From: Octopus vulgaris
Taxonomy: Eukaryota
Assembly (NCBI GenBank): GCA_951406725.2
Contig: OX597825.1
Coordinates: forward strand, 74,772,001 to 74,836,000
Reading direction: 5' to 3'
Length of the DNA: 64,000 nucleotides
Below are positions 40,864 to 55,584 of this stretch, piece after piece (the stretch's first letter is position 1; every line of letters starts with the position of its first letter). The notes beneath the pieces are model-generated. The model saw only the letters and a program-made list of their open reading frames with translations. It had not been told where the DNA came from and searched no databases. The translations under genes and the position numbers were made by a program.

Positions 40864-41746
40864 GAGGCAATCAAAATCCGAAATCTCCAGGTCCAAATTC
40901 TTGAACGGCAAACTCCATCGTTGGAATCTAGACAACAAAAACCAAATTCACATTTTGAACTTGAGAAGCCTTTCATAAATGTTACTGTTCCGCTTCCAGA
41001 GTGTATTTGTAATGTACATGCTAAAAGGCTGGTTTCTTCTTTAAAATCCCATCTTATCCAGATTGTCATACACGCACGTATGCGTGTATGAGGGATCGTG
41101 CTGATATTCGTATATGAACATATATATAGATAGGCTGATGTTATTGAATAAAGATTTCTTATTTTTCTTTCTCAGTAAACTGGCATGAAACAAGCATCTG
41201 AGCAATTCTATTTCCCTGTTGTTATACTTCTAATAGTATTAGCATTTCCTGATTTCAATATTACATATAAATAAATCCATAAGTATTCGACTTCACGGTT
41301 CATTATGAAATTATAGTACTTACTATTCCCTAAATACATTTATACATTTTTTGTACGTTTGTTAATACATTAAGTTAATGGAAACGTGCATAGTACTGGA
41401 CAAAAGTACAAGTGCTCAATTCTGAACGTATCTAGTTATTGTAATTATATCAGTAAATAAGTACATTGGTGTGCGAAATCATTTATTGCATGAATTTATA
41501 AATTAATGTCTACGCGTTGTCGTTTATCAATATTCTGTGTTGGCATAGAATCTCCAACAATGATATTGATTTTACGAATATACATTCATACATTCAAATG
41601 TGAGTGTGTGTGCGCGCGAGAGTGCATGTGTGTGTATGTATGCATTTTTGCATGTACATATATATATACACATACATATACATATATATACATATGCAAA
41701 CGTACATACGTACGTACATATATATATATATGAGTGTGTGTGTATG

Positions 41747-41783
<37 letters not shown>

Positions 41784-41822
41784 ATGTATATATATATGTA
41801 TATATACACATATACATATATA

Positions 41823-41905
<83 letters not shown>

Positions 41906-42544
41906 ATATATACATATACATACACACATATATAGATACATATACACACACACTCACACACACACATGGAAATTTATATGCGTTTTGATTTTTAAACGTG
42001 ACGAAAATCTTACTCTGTACATACCGTACAGTTTATCAAAACCTAAAGTTTCCCACTGACACTACTCTGAGTTTCCTGTGTCACAGTCGTTGTAAAACTG
42101 GAAGCGAGAAACGCAGAGTAGCTGCAAAGGGAAGTTTCAGTTCCAAGTGAATATGAGGAAATAAATTCCTCTCTACAGGGAAAGAACTTTACCTTCACAA
42201 GAAAGTGGTCCACTGGGTTGCCTTCTTGTTTGACAGTAGGAATTACATAAGAGTCACAACCAATGGTTTCAAAGAGAGTTTCATTCTGCATATGTATTTC
42301 TCGAGGTTCAATGACAATCTCCTCCTGTCTTATCTGAAGATTTAAGCACCAGGGAAACGACCTGTTTAGCAACATCTGAAGTATATTGAACAAGAAGCCC
42401 CTCTTTATTTGTCTGGAGATCATTTGTCTACTGTGTCTGAGTAACTACATATTTTGAAAGTGTTCTTCGTATTTCTCAACCACAAGTCTGAGATTTCGTA
42501 TTGTTGCCATCAACAGAGTTCCTTTATTAACTAGTCTAGATCAT

Positions 42545-42955
42545 TACTCTTTTATTCTTTTACTCTTTTACTTGTTTCAGTTATCTGACTGCAGCCATGC
42601 TGGAGCATAGCCTTTAGTCGAGCAAATCGACCGCAGGACTTATTCTTTGTAAGCCTAGTACTTATTCCATCGGTCTCTGCTGAGCCGCTAAGTTACGGGG
42701 ACGTAAACACACCAGCATCGGTTGTCAAGCGATATTGGGTGGGGTGGAACAAACACAGACACACATATATATATATACGTATACATATATACGACGGGCT
42801 TCTTTCAGTTTCCGTCTACCAAATCCACTCACAAGGCTTTGGTCGGCCCGAGGCTATAATAGAAGACACTTGCCCAAGGTGCCACGCAATGGGACTGAAC
42901 TCGGAACCATGTAGTTGGTAAGCAAGCTACTTACCACACAGCCACTCCTACGCCT
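42545..42955 (-). mobile_element. Microsatellite-bearing SINE, full length
   Basis: Reverse complement of the 37848 family. Confidence 0.88.
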
Positions 42956-43278
42956 ATTTATAGAACATTTTCATAATTTTACTAACTTAAACAACTTTTT
43001 ATCTTAAGTTCTAACAATTCGATGGTAATTCTAAAGAAAACAAAGAACTACTCTTATATGTTGCGCTAGAGTAGTCCCCTATTCAGCTGATGATATTCAA
43101 TTTCGCCTACAAAACATTGCTGATATCTTTCAGTCATCCAAATACTTTTTCTATCACATGTTTTGAAGTGAAAAATAGAAACAAACTTTACGCATCATCT
43201 GAATTAAATATTCTATCGGATTAGGATGACAGCTTTCATGTGTGGTTGCTGAGCATAAAGCATCAGCTTAATAAATAA

Positions 43279-43682
43279 CTAGCAGTATAGCCCGGCGTTG
43301 CTCGGATTTGTTTTCTTTTCGACCCTTTAGAATTGGAATTTTTGAAAAGCAAAAATTTTGCATCATGTAGCTTGTTATTCTCTTTAAGTGAACATTTTTC
43401 TGGTTGAAATACACCGAAAAATAGCGACACAGCAGTCAAAAAATCGTAAGAAATAGGGATTTTCATAGAAAAAAATCACCCTTTTGATGTAAATAATTTT
43501 CAGTCTTAACATGGTCCGATTTGAATTCTGTCTTCAACAGAATGAAGAGCAAGCCTTTTTCTGTCATACTGTCAATTTTGGTCAACTTGCGCCGCAGGGT
43601 CTCGGAGAAGATAGTGTTATTTGAAGGCTACCAAACCTGCCACACACACACACACAGACAACTTCAGCTTTATATATAAAGA
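43279..43682 (-). mobile_element. Non-autonomous Helitron
   Basis: Minus strand starts TC(TTTATATATAAA) and ends CTAG, with subterminal GC hairpin CCGAGCAACGCCGGG; inserted between A and T, no TSD. Confidence 0.85.
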
Positions 43683-44168
43683 TTTACTTCCATCTATGCG
43701 TAGTTACATCGGGATTGAAAGCACGAAGCTTTGCTTTACTGGCGCTACCCTCGTTGTTATGATATCTCAAATACCTCTGACAAGGTATATAATGACAAAC
43801 GGAAAATAAACATTGCGAAACGTTGTGTTTTTCACAAAATAAATAGAAAATATGAGGTCAACACCCTGAAAACGTTTTTTGTTTTCTTTAATTCATAGTA
43901 TTGTATTTCTAAACATCTAGACATGTCATCTCCGAATGAGTTAGGCTTCACAGACAATCTTAAATTATCCAAGCATCTGTTCTTACCAAACACGTAACTA
44001 ATGATCAATGTGATTTAGAAATTCGACTGCAAAAGTTAAAGAAATATACTTCATTACTACAACTGCCGTATTACCTATGCATGTGCAACACTCTCCCGCC
44101 GGCTAATCATGCGCTTATAACAAAGAGCAACACAATTATATACTACATCAGATATATGTGGGTGGGTA

Positions 44169-44281
<113 letters not shown>

Positions 44282-44373
44282 ATATATATATATATATATA
44301 TATAAACATACATATACATATGTATGTGTGTGTACGTGTAGGAAGTAATATATAGTTATACGTATACTTATCG

Positions 44374-44415
<42 letters not shown>

Positions 44416-44880
44416 ATATGTATGTATGTATGTATGTATATATGTATGTATGTATATATGTATGTATGTATGCATGCATGCATGCATGTATGTATGTATG
44501 TATGTAATATATCCATAATAGCTATGTACGTACGTACGTATGTATGCACGCATGCATGTATGTAGCATATTATATATTTGCATACAGACTACTCACGCCA
44601 CTAACTTCGTCTCCCATCACACGACAACAAATACTGCTCCACTGTACAAACTAGCAAAAGAATTACTGCCGGGCTACACTTCACAGTCACAACTAGAAAA
44701 CTACATCTAAATTGTCATGATCACAGGTGCCTGAGCAAACAAAGCCTCCTACACATCACAGTTGTCTTCGTTATGCTCTTTGTTTTCCTTTAAATTTGGG
44801 ACAGAAGTGTAAAACAAAACATCATAAAACCTTGACTTCAGTACACACAGGAAACTAACATTTATTTTCTTTTAGGGCCG

Positions 44881-44939
<59 letters not shown>

Positions 44940-45156
44940 GTTATTATTATTATTATTAGTATTATGTGAGCTGTCAGTTGGCAGACTCATTAGAGAATCT
45001 GGCGATACTTTATTTTATCAGCCCGAGAGGGACGAAATGCAAAGTTGACACTAACGAGAATTAAACTCCGAAAGTAAATTAGCTGGAATAAAAACCGCAG
45101 AGCATATTGTCTTGTGCGCTATCGATTCTGTCATTTCACAACTCACGTATTATGAC

Positions 45157-45247
<91 letters not shown>

Positions 45248-45309
45248 TGTGAAAACAACATCCATCCATGAATTTATTTATTTATTAACTTTTAAATACA
45301 TGTGTTATC

Positions 45310-45421
45310 TGTGAATTTGCGTGTGTAATCTGGGAATGCATACAATGAGCTTCTCTGCCCTAGGTGTATGGAAAACACTCGGCGAGAAACGGAAGAAAAT
45401 TTGAAGAAAGAAGGAAAAAAC

Positions 45422-45488
<67 letters not shown>
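45310..45488 (+). mobile_element. Probable Dong/R4 LINE 3' UTR ending in (AAT)n
   Basis: Short unique tail with stem-loop potential followed by an A-rich run and (AAT)n. Confidence 0.35.
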
Positions 45489-45569
45489 GGGAAGGTTAAT
45501 ATAAAGACGGAAGAAATGCCACGAAGCATTTTGCCCTCGTGCTAACGATCCTGCCAGTTCACCGCCTTA

Positions 45570-45662
45570 AAAAGAAGAAGATGAAGAAAGTGAAGTAAAG
45601 AAGATGAAGAAGAAATAGTAGAAGAAAAAGAAGAAGAAGAAGAAGAAGAAGAAGAAGAAGAA

Positions 45663-45719
<57 letters not shown>

Positions 45720-45755
45720 GAAGAAGAAGAAGAAGAAGATGAAGAAGAAGAAGAA

Positions 45756-45791
<36 letters not shown>

Positions 45792-46366
45792 GAAAAAGAA
45801 GATGAAGAAGAAGAAGATGAAGAAGAAGATGAAGAAGGTGAAGAAAAAGGAGGTGAAGAAGATGAAGAAAAAGGAGGTGAAGAAGATGAAGAAAAAGATG
45901 AAGATGAAGAAAGAAGATGAAGAAAAAGGAGGTGAAGAAGATGAAGAAAAAGATGAAGAAGATGAAGAAGAAGATGAAGAAGAAGATGAAGAAGAAGATA
46001 AGAAGAAGATGAAGAAGAAGATGAAGATGAAGAAGATGATGAAGATGAAGATGAAGAAGAAGATGAAGAAGATGATGAAGAAGAAGATGAAGATGAAGAA
46101 GATGATGAAGATGAAGATGAAGAAGAAGATGAGGAAGAAAAAGAAGAAGAAGATAATGGTGATGATGATGATGAAGAAGAAGAAGAAGAAGAAGAAAAAG
46201 AAGAAGAAGATAATGATGATGATGATGATGATGATGAAGAAGAAGAAGAAGAAGAAGAAGAAGAAGAAGAAGAAGAAGAAGAAGAAGAAGAAGAAGAAGA
46301 AGAAGAAGAAGAAGAAGAAGAAGAAGAAGAAGAAGAAGAAGAAGAAGAAGAAGAAGAAGAAGAAGA
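45570..46366. repeat. ~800-bp compound (GAA)/(GAT) trinucleotide array
   Basis: Direct reading; strongly purine-skewed. Confidence 0.95.
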
Positions 46367-46551
46367 CAAATTTTGGAGGAGGAAGATTGTTGATTACTGC
46401 TCGACTGGAACTCATTTTGTCAACCTCAACAGGACGAAAGGCAAAGTCGACTCGATGGAATTTGAACTCAAAACGTAAAGACAAACGAAATGCCGCGAAG
46501 CATTTTGTCCAGCATGCTAACACTTATGCTAACTCGCCCCCAGTGTTCAGC

Positions 46552-46589
<38 letters not shown>

Positions 46590-46664
46590 ATACCATCAGA
46601 AGCAGCAGTAGTAGTAGTAGTAGTAGTAGTAGAAGTAGTAGTAGTAGTAGTACTAGCAGCAATG

Positions 46665-46740
<76 letters not shown>

Positions 46741-46747
46741 CAATAGC

Positions 46748-46786
<39 letters not shown>

Positions 46787-46810
46787 TGTACTAGCAGCAA
46801 TGGCAGCAGC

Positions 46811-46876
<66 letters not shown>
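46552..46876. repeat. (TAG)n/(CAG)n array with internal duplication
   Basis: GTACTAGCAGCAATGGCAGCAGC occurs twice within (TAG)n. Confidence 0.95.
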
Positions 46877-47117
46877 TTCTATTTAGGCACAAGGACAGCA
46901 ATTTTGAGGGAATGGGTTTCGTCGATATTACCAACCACCGTGCTAGACTGGCACCAGGTTTTCTTCTTTTCAATGATAATACAGATAGCAAGTTTATTGG
47001 GTCATCAGGAGAGAATGCGCGCCGATTTGGGGTCTACCTCTCGACGGCATCATTGCGCACCGGCCACCCCACTCACTGAAATGAGGCCCCGCTTGCTATA
47101 TCAACTGGTTATTCACA

Positions 47118-47146
<29 letters not shown>

Positions 47147-47149
<3 letters not shown>

Positions 47150-47448
47150 AACGCACGCACTCACACACACATAGATGTGTGAATTTCATGAGTTTCCGTA
47201 CAGTTTCCGCCCCCTTTCTCTATATATATATATACACACATACATGTATACACACACAAATGTATATACACACACATACATGTATACACACACAAATGTA
47301 TATACACACACATACATGTATACACACACACATGTGTGTGTGTATACATGTATGTGTGTGTATATATATAGAAAGAGAAAGGGGGCGGAAACTGTACGGA
47401 AACTCATGAAATTCACACATCTATGTGCGTGTGTGTGCGTGCGTTTCT
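47147..47448. repeat. ~300-bp fold-back with a 54-bp perfect unique arm
   Basis: 47168-47221 is the exact reverse complement of 47374-47427. Confidence 0.92.
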
Positions 47449-47835
47449 GTGTGTGCATGTGTACGTTTATGCATTGTGTGTGTGGGGGGGGTGAGCGTGC
47501 GTATATGCGCGTGCGTTTCTGTATATGTGTGTGTGTATGTGTTCGCGTTGAGTACGAACTACTACATTCGGAAAGAAATATTCTGCAATATAAGTCAGAC
47601 TGAATTATCTTCCTTTACGCTAAAACTGACTTTCCATTTCATTTCTTACCAAAAAAACGATGAAAATAGAATCAGACGAAATATTGGACTCAATAAAATC
47701 GATCTAAAACCCCTTGAAGGCTGTCCACAACATGGCCGAGGTCCAATTATAGAAAAAAATACGAATAGCGGAAGGTTTTACGCACATGCACTCATGCACT
47801 CACACGCAGACGCACACACATATATAAGAACATAC

Positions 47836-48488
47836 AAGCATACATACATACATACATACATACATACATACATACAGTCATACATACATGCATACATACA
47901 TACACATACATACATACATACATACATACATTAATGCATACATACATACATACTTACATACATACATGCATGCATACATACATACATACATACATACATA
48001 CATACATACATACATTCACACGTACATGCATACATACATACACATACATACATAAATACATACATACATACATACACATACATACATACATACATACATA
48101 CATACATACATACATACATACATACATAAATGCATACATACATACATACTTACATACATACATGCATGCATACATACATACATACATACATACATACATA
48201 CATTCATACATACATACATACATACATACATACATGCATACATACATACATGCATGCATACACACATACATACATACATGCATGCATACATACACACACA
48301 CATACACACATACATACATACATACATACACACATACATACATACATACATACATACATACATACATACATACATACACGCACACATACACACATACGTA
48401 CATACATACATACATACATACACACACACACATACATACATACATACATTCATCCATACACACATACATACATACATACATACATACA

Positions 48489-48520
<32 letters not shown>
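47836..48520. repeat. (CATA)n compound microsatellite
   Basis: Direct reading. Confidence 0.95.
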
Positions 48521-48640
48521 CTATGGTTACCTATATACATACATGCATGTATATATGTGTCTGCATGAATACGCACGAACACCCAGGCCTTTATTCAGAC
48601 AGCCGATAGCACTATAGCCATTTCGACTGATAGTCTTGAC

Positions 48641-48726
<86 letters not shown>

Positions 48727-48727
<1 letters not shown>

Positions 48728-48971
48728 CTCTTTACTCTTTACTCTTTTATTTGTTTCAGTCATTTGACTGTGGCCATGCTGGAGCATCGCCTTTAATCGA
48801 GCAAATCGACCCCAGGACTTATTCTTTGTAAGCCTAGTACTTATTCTGTCGGTCTCTTTTACCAAACCGCTAAGTTACGTGGACGTAAACTCACCAGCAT
48901 CGGTTGTCAAGCGATGTTGGGGGGACAAACACAGACACACAAACATATACATGCACATATCTATCTATCTA

Positions 48972-49039
<68 letters not shown>

Positions 49040-49215
49040 CATATATATATATACATATATATGACAGGCTTCTTTCAGTTTCCGTCTACCAAATCCACTC
49101 ACATGGTTTTGGTCGGCCCGAGGCTATAGTAGAAGACACTTGCCCAAGGTGCCACGCAGTGGGACTGAACACGGAACTATGTGGTTGGTAAGCAAGCTAC
49201 TTACCACACAGCCAT
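48727..49215 (-). mobile_element. Microsatellite-bearing SINE
   Basis: Reverse complement of the 37848 family, expanded (TA)n inside. Confidence 0.88.
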
Positions 49216-49426
49216 CGTATGCTTAAGGCAGAGGACCGCCAGAATGTTGCAAAGTATTTCTTCTTTCTCTTTACGCTTTCTGTTGAAATCCTGGCGAGGT
49301 CAACTCTGCCTGCCGTCTCTCGACGTGGATAAAATATGGCGGAATTTGAGCTTTGAACATAAAGATGGACGAAATACCGCTAAGCATTTTGCCCGGCGGG
49401 CTAACGATTCTGCCAGCTAGTCACCT

Positions 49427-49526
<100 letters not shown>

Positions 49527-49855
49527 GGTGGTGGTGGTTGTGGTAGTAGTAGTAGTAGTTGTAGTAGTAGTAGTTGTAGTAGTAGTAGTTGTAGTAGTAG
49601 TAGTATTGTCGTGTAGTACATCTCTAGCGTTAGAAGCTGTGAAAAGTCAATAAATAATAATAATAATAATAATGAGCTTCAAATTTTAGCACAAAGCCAG
49701 CAATTTTGGAGGAAGTAGTATGTTGATTACAGTTACTTATTTTATCGACCCCGAAAGGATAAAAGGCTAAATCGACCTCGGTAGAATTTGAACTCAGGAT
49801 GTGAAGACGGACGAAATGCGGCTAAGGATTTTTCCAGGGGTGATAAGGATTCCTG

Positions 49856-49940
<85 letters not shown>

Positions 49941-49959
49941 TAATAATAATAACAACAAC

Positions 49960-50023
<64 letters not shown>

Positions 50024-50084
50024 GTAATAATAATAATAGTAATGATAATAATATCTCTGTGTCTGTTTGTTTTTTTGTGGGGGG

Positions 50085-50163
<79 letters not shown>

Positions 50164-50739
50164 TGTGTGTGTGTGTGCAGATCAGGAGAGGCTTACTGCA
50201 AGTTTTCGATTTCGGAGAGAGAGAGAAAAAAACAAAACAATAGAAATAGCACCAAGTCTGGTTTCAGACTTTCAATCTTTACATCATGCAGAATATATTG
50301 AGAGCAATACCGAAGAAAACAAATTGTCTTCATAAATTATATAAAGTAAATACTATAGTTCTGTATTGGTAGGTCATACTTGATCGGCCATGCTTCATAT
50401 CTATAGTTAATGGCGTGCCTGACGTAACCAATCCATTTTTCTATTTCAAATATTATGCACCGAGGACTACAGTTGTCATTGGGTTGTTATTTAATCGGCT
50501 GCGACCCAACTATCTTCAAACAGTTGAAGCGGTGATGGTTTGTTTTGTCCTCGTAAATTAGTAGTTTGGCGAAAGAGACCGATGGAATCAATACTAGGCT
50601 TTCTTTAAAGAAAAATTACTCGAGGATCGATTTGCTCGACTAAAAACCTCTTCAAGGCGGTGCTCTAGCATGGCCGCAGTTCAGTGAATGAAACGAGTAT
50701 AAGATAAAGAAGACCTGTGATACTTATTTAAAACACCTC

Positions 50740-51105
50740 CAAACCCCCACCATCACCGCCAGTCTCCCAGTCTGACCAGTACTCCACGCTCAATCCTCCA
50801 GCCCCACTTTCATTCATCCATTCCAAGTCCTCCAGTTCCCCACCCCTAATCTCCCAGTCTCACCAGTACTCCACGCTCAATCCTCCAGCCCCAGTTCCAA
50901 TCCCCGCCCCTGTCCCCCACTTTCATTCATCCATTCCCAGTCCCCCAGTTCCCCACCCCTAGTCTCTCAGTCTCACCAGTACTCCACCCTCAATCCTCCA
51001 ACCCCAGTTCCAGCCCCCACCCGCCCCCGTCCCCCATTTCCATTCATCCATTCCCACTCCCCCAATTCCCCATCCCTGGTCTCCCACACCAGTCCCCCAC
51101 CCACA
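50740..51105. repeat. C-rich minisatellite, ~3 units of 90-115 bp
   Basis: CAGTCT(C/G)ACCAGTACTCCAC(G/C)CTCAATCCTCCA and CATTCATCCATTCC each recur three times. Confidence 0.88.
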
Positions 51106-51858
51106 CTTTTTCTGTACCAGTTTAGTACAAAACTTATTGGTATATTTACCAACATTTAGTAGAGTATTCGTTTTGACTTATTATTGATCGTTTCTTATCT
51201 CGATTCTCTTTATTTTATCTTGATTCCTCCTCCCTCGATACAGACGTCAGTGGCTATTATTTTATAGTTTCTCATTTAGCTTATCATTCTAGCTTTGAGA
51301 TGTTATGTATCGTTTGCATGCCAAATGGAAAAGAAAGTTGTATCACATCAGCATTTTCTTTTTTTTCCTTTTTTTGCTTGGTTTTTGCCTCTAATCATTA
51401 TATGTATTGCGCATCAGCTAGACAACTTATTTTTATCATTACAAAAGTTGCCTGTCTATATAACAGATCGATATTTATCGTTATATTTTGTGGGTAGATG
51501 CTTCTTTTTATTTTTCTTGTATTATCAGCGTCGGTTTTCAACTTAAAAAGCCATCCTTGAAAAAACAAAAAGGGTGGCTAGCTTACGACTAGATACTGTA
51601 TTTGGCTGAACAGTGACGTCACCGAAATATGGCTGCTCTGTATGAGGTGCATTTTATTGCAGCTTATCATTTTCGCAACAGGCAAAAAGCTCAGGGATTC
51701 GGTATCACTTCTTAAATCATTTGCATGAATAATTCTTAGTTGATAGCTGACATAACTCCAGGGTAATTATGAGTGGCATTAATCTTTTCCTTATTACATT
51801 ATAGTTATATAATTATCATACATACATACATACATACATACATACATACATACATACG

Positions 51859-51906
<48 letters not shown>

Positions 51907-52659
51907 GAAATGCTGAAGGCAGAGAGAATATTTTCTAGTGAACCTCATGTAAGCAAATGTTAGCAAATGTAAGTGGTTAAATGCAGCTTCAAGTAAGCTG
52001 AAATATTTCTAACAGATGATTGTGAGTCAAATAAATACTTGGAAAAGTTGTGGGTAGAGATATCGTTGCTTTAATTACTGATAAAATCTTGAGCCATAAT
52101 TGCACTATGGCTTCTATCAAAAATGGTTACTACCATTCAGAGAACAATAGAAGCAACTCTCTTCTGTAATCGACAAATATATTTTTCTAATACTTTTCAA
52201 AAACACCCCTTGAATATGCGACTATGTCTTGAATACGCGCCCACAACTTTACTATGCAACCACACTTTGAATATGAGACCATATATTGAATATGAGACAC
52301 CTTCAATATGACATCCTTTGAGGATCTCACATCATGACAGATAAGATTCTTTTGAAAAACGAAAAGGAATGTACAAAGTTTAACCGCCACAAAAGTGATT
52401 GTAACATTAAAAGAGCTGTTTATGTCTGTTTGCGTTTTTGAGTTCAAATCCAGACTAGGCTTACTTTGCCGTTTCTCATTCGGGGAAGAAGGGTGATAAA
52501 ATAAGATGGTAGATAATCAGAAAAGGTAGAACTGCGTAAAAAAATAATTTTTTGGTGTTTAGTTATGTCTTTTTACATCTTAAAACCAAAGCCTGCTTGT
52601 ACCATGTTTGACCTTCATCTCTTTTAAACATAACAGTGATAAAAATAACAGAGACAAAT

Positions 52660-52916
52660 GAAATATACACCGCCGGAAGTTGTTGTTGACAAACAACGGC
52701 AGTAATTTTATTCAGCTGGATACGCGTCATTGATTGGTTGAAATTACCGAAATATGACAACTTTAACACGAAATAACTTCGTAAATAGAAACTTTTCTCA
52801 ACAACTCTAAGCGTAAAAGATGTTTTATATGACACATTCTACCAGTGTCCGAAGTTTGAAAAGGTTTAGTTACAAAAAATTAATTTCTCTATCTGCCGAT
52901 GAAAGTGAAAAGATCT
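52660..52916 (+). mobile_element. Diverged relative of the 1760-2149 MITE (right part)
   Basis: CGTCATTGATTGGTTGAAATT...AAAAGATGTTTTATA..ACACATTCTACCAGT...GAAAAGATC shared with 1990-2149. Confidence 0.65.
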
Positions 52917-53055
52917 AAAAGAAGTACTGGGATCGTTTCGCTCGGCTAAAACGCTTCAAAGCAGTGCCCCAGTATGGTCGGAGTCCAAGAACTTGTTTCG
53001 GTGCAAGACTCAAACAAGTAAAAGATAAAATGTTATTTCGATATTTTTACTTACA

Positions 53056-53690
53056 AAAGGCGGCGAGCTGGCAAAAACGTTAGCACGACGGACGAAATGT
53101 TTAGCGGTATTTTTGCCTGCCGTTACGTTCTGAGTTCAAATTCCTCCGAGGTCGACGTTGCCTTTCATCCTTTCGGGGTCGATAAATTAAGTACCAGTTA
53201 CGCACTGGGGTTGATGTAATCGACTTAATCCATTTGTCTGTCCTTGTTTGTCTCCTCTGTGTTTAGCCCCTTGTGGGCAATAAAGAAATAGGTATCAAAG
53301 GCGGCGAGATGGCAGAATCGTTAGCACGCCGGGCGAAATGCGTAGCCGTATTTCGTCTGCTGTTACGTTCTGAGTTCAAATTCCGCCGAGGTCGACTTTG
53401 CCTTTCATCCTTTCGGGGTCGAGTAAATAAGTACCAGTTACGCACTGGGGTCGATATAATCGACTTAATCTGTTTATCTGTCCTTGTTTGTCTCCTCTGT
53501 GTTTAGCCCCTTGTGGGCAATAAAGAAATAGGTATTTCGTCTGTTTTTACGTTCTAAGTTCAAATTCCACCGTGGTCGACTTTACCTTTTATCCTTTCGG
53601 GGTCGATAAATTAAGTACCAGTTCCGAAATGGGGTCAATCTAATCGACTAGCCCCCTCCTCCAAAATTTTGTGCCTTGAGTAGAAAAGCA
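53056..53690 (+). mobile_element. Meta-domain SINE multimer (two full monomers plus a headless third)
   Basis: GGCGGCGAG(C/A)TGGCA heads at ~53059 and ~53300; both tails end AAAGAAATA|GGTAT. Confidence 0.9.
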
Positions 53691-54007
53691 TATTTACATT
53701 TTCACCAATTTTGAACATTTGAAAACCTGAGGATTTTTTCAAATATGCTAAGTTGTGAGTGGGGGATATTTAACTCCCACTATTTCTAGGTCAAAACAGC
53801 GATCGTGTCATTGAAGGGTATGATAAATTTCTTGGCAGATTTCGTCCCGGCTTTCGGCGCTCCGAGTTCAAATCTAGCTTATATCAATTTTAACTTTTAT
53901 CTTTTGAGGGTTAGTAAATGCAGTACCGCTCCTGTAACGATACCGTTTGGTCTCTTTACGTGATCGCTCTCTCTTTTTCTCTCTCTCTATTTCTTTCTTT
54001 CTGCCTC

Positions 54008-54417
54008 TCTTTACTCCTTACTCTTTTACTTGTTTCAGTTATTTGACTGCGGCTATGCTGGAGCACCGCTTTTAGTCGAGCAAATCGACCCTAAGAGTTA
54101 TTCTTTGTAAGCCTAGTACTTAATCTATCGGTTTCTCTTTTGCCGAACCGCTAAGTTACGGGGACGAAAACACACCAGCATCGGTTGTCAAGCAATGCTG
54201 GAGGGACAAACACAGACACACAAACACACACATACATATATAGATATATACATATATACGACGAGATTCTTTCAGTTTCCGTCTACCACATCCACTCACA
54301 AGGCTTTGGTCGGCCCGAGGCTATAGTAGAAGACACTTGCCCAAGGTGCCACGCAGTGGGACTAAACCCAGAACCATGTGGTTCGTAAGCAAGCTACTTA
54401 CCACGCAGCCACTCCTG

Positions 54418-54422
<5 letters not shown>
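54008..54422 (-). mobile_element. Microsatellite-bearing SINE, full length
   Basis: Reverse complement of the 37848 family. Confidence 0.88.
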
Positions 54423-54465
<43 letters not shown>

Positions 54466-55400
54466 GCTCTCACACCCTTCTCACGCTCTCACACCCTTCT
54501 TTCTTTCGTGTCTCCCTTCTCTTATGCTTCTCTCTTTCACTCTCTCCTCTCTCTCACTCACGCCTCTCCCTCTCTCTCATGCTTCTTTCTCTCGCCTCTT
54601 CCTCTCTATCTATCATACCTATGTATCTATCTTTCTATTTATCTACTTACCTATCTACCTATCTCTCGCCACAAAATCAAAAATGCCCAGGAAATACATG
54701 TTACGACATCGCCCAATCGCCCTTACGACTCCAACATCACAAGGAGACTCAAGAGAAGGCTGCGACTATGAAATTGAGCAATCACGAAAGACCCACGATT
54801 CAGATCGCATATTTATTTATCCATTTTACTCATTTATTCATAGATTCATCCATTTAATAACATTTGCTGTATATGCGAGACTTTGATCTTCTGCAGCAAA
54901 CCTTAGAATACTTCGGTCTTATCTCTGTGCTCTTGTGATTCGTAGCCAACGTTGACATTTTTCCTGGTCTACATCTACTCAGATCAGTAATACTGGCTAT
55001 TATCCATATAAGATATTTTCGCTTTTGTAATTCCATTACCACGACGTTTTGAGGTTTAATTTTTAGCTTTGTATTAAGATGGTTGTCTCTATTCATATAT
55101 ATTTATGTCACAGAATTCGCCTCCTACATTCACGTAACTATTATTTTTTGTGTATTTGTATTTCGGTGTTTTCTCTTGCCAGATTATGTAAGTGTATCTT
55201 GAGTATGTATTGGCAAAACACCATACAGAAAGTGTGTTTGTTTTTTTTTTTTATTTTCTCTATAAGCTTTTTGCTTTGCTTCGACAGAGTTATTACTCGT
55301 ATTCGTATAACAATATCGTAGTGAATATTTGCGTGTATATGGGTCGGATGCGTGATTACATGTATTTGTGTGTATGTATGTATGTATGTATGTATGTATG

Positions 55401-55460
<60 letters not shown>

Positions 55461-55552
55461 CTTACATATACTTATGTATGTGTTTATGTATGTATATATA
55501 TATATAGATATACATATATATATATGAGTGTGTATGTATGTATGTATGCATG

Positions 55553-55584
<32 letters not shown>

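Noticed and set aside
45664-46554. 296-aa M/K/E-rich ORF
   Set aside because: GAA/GAT array running into a SINE; no splice or homology evidence.
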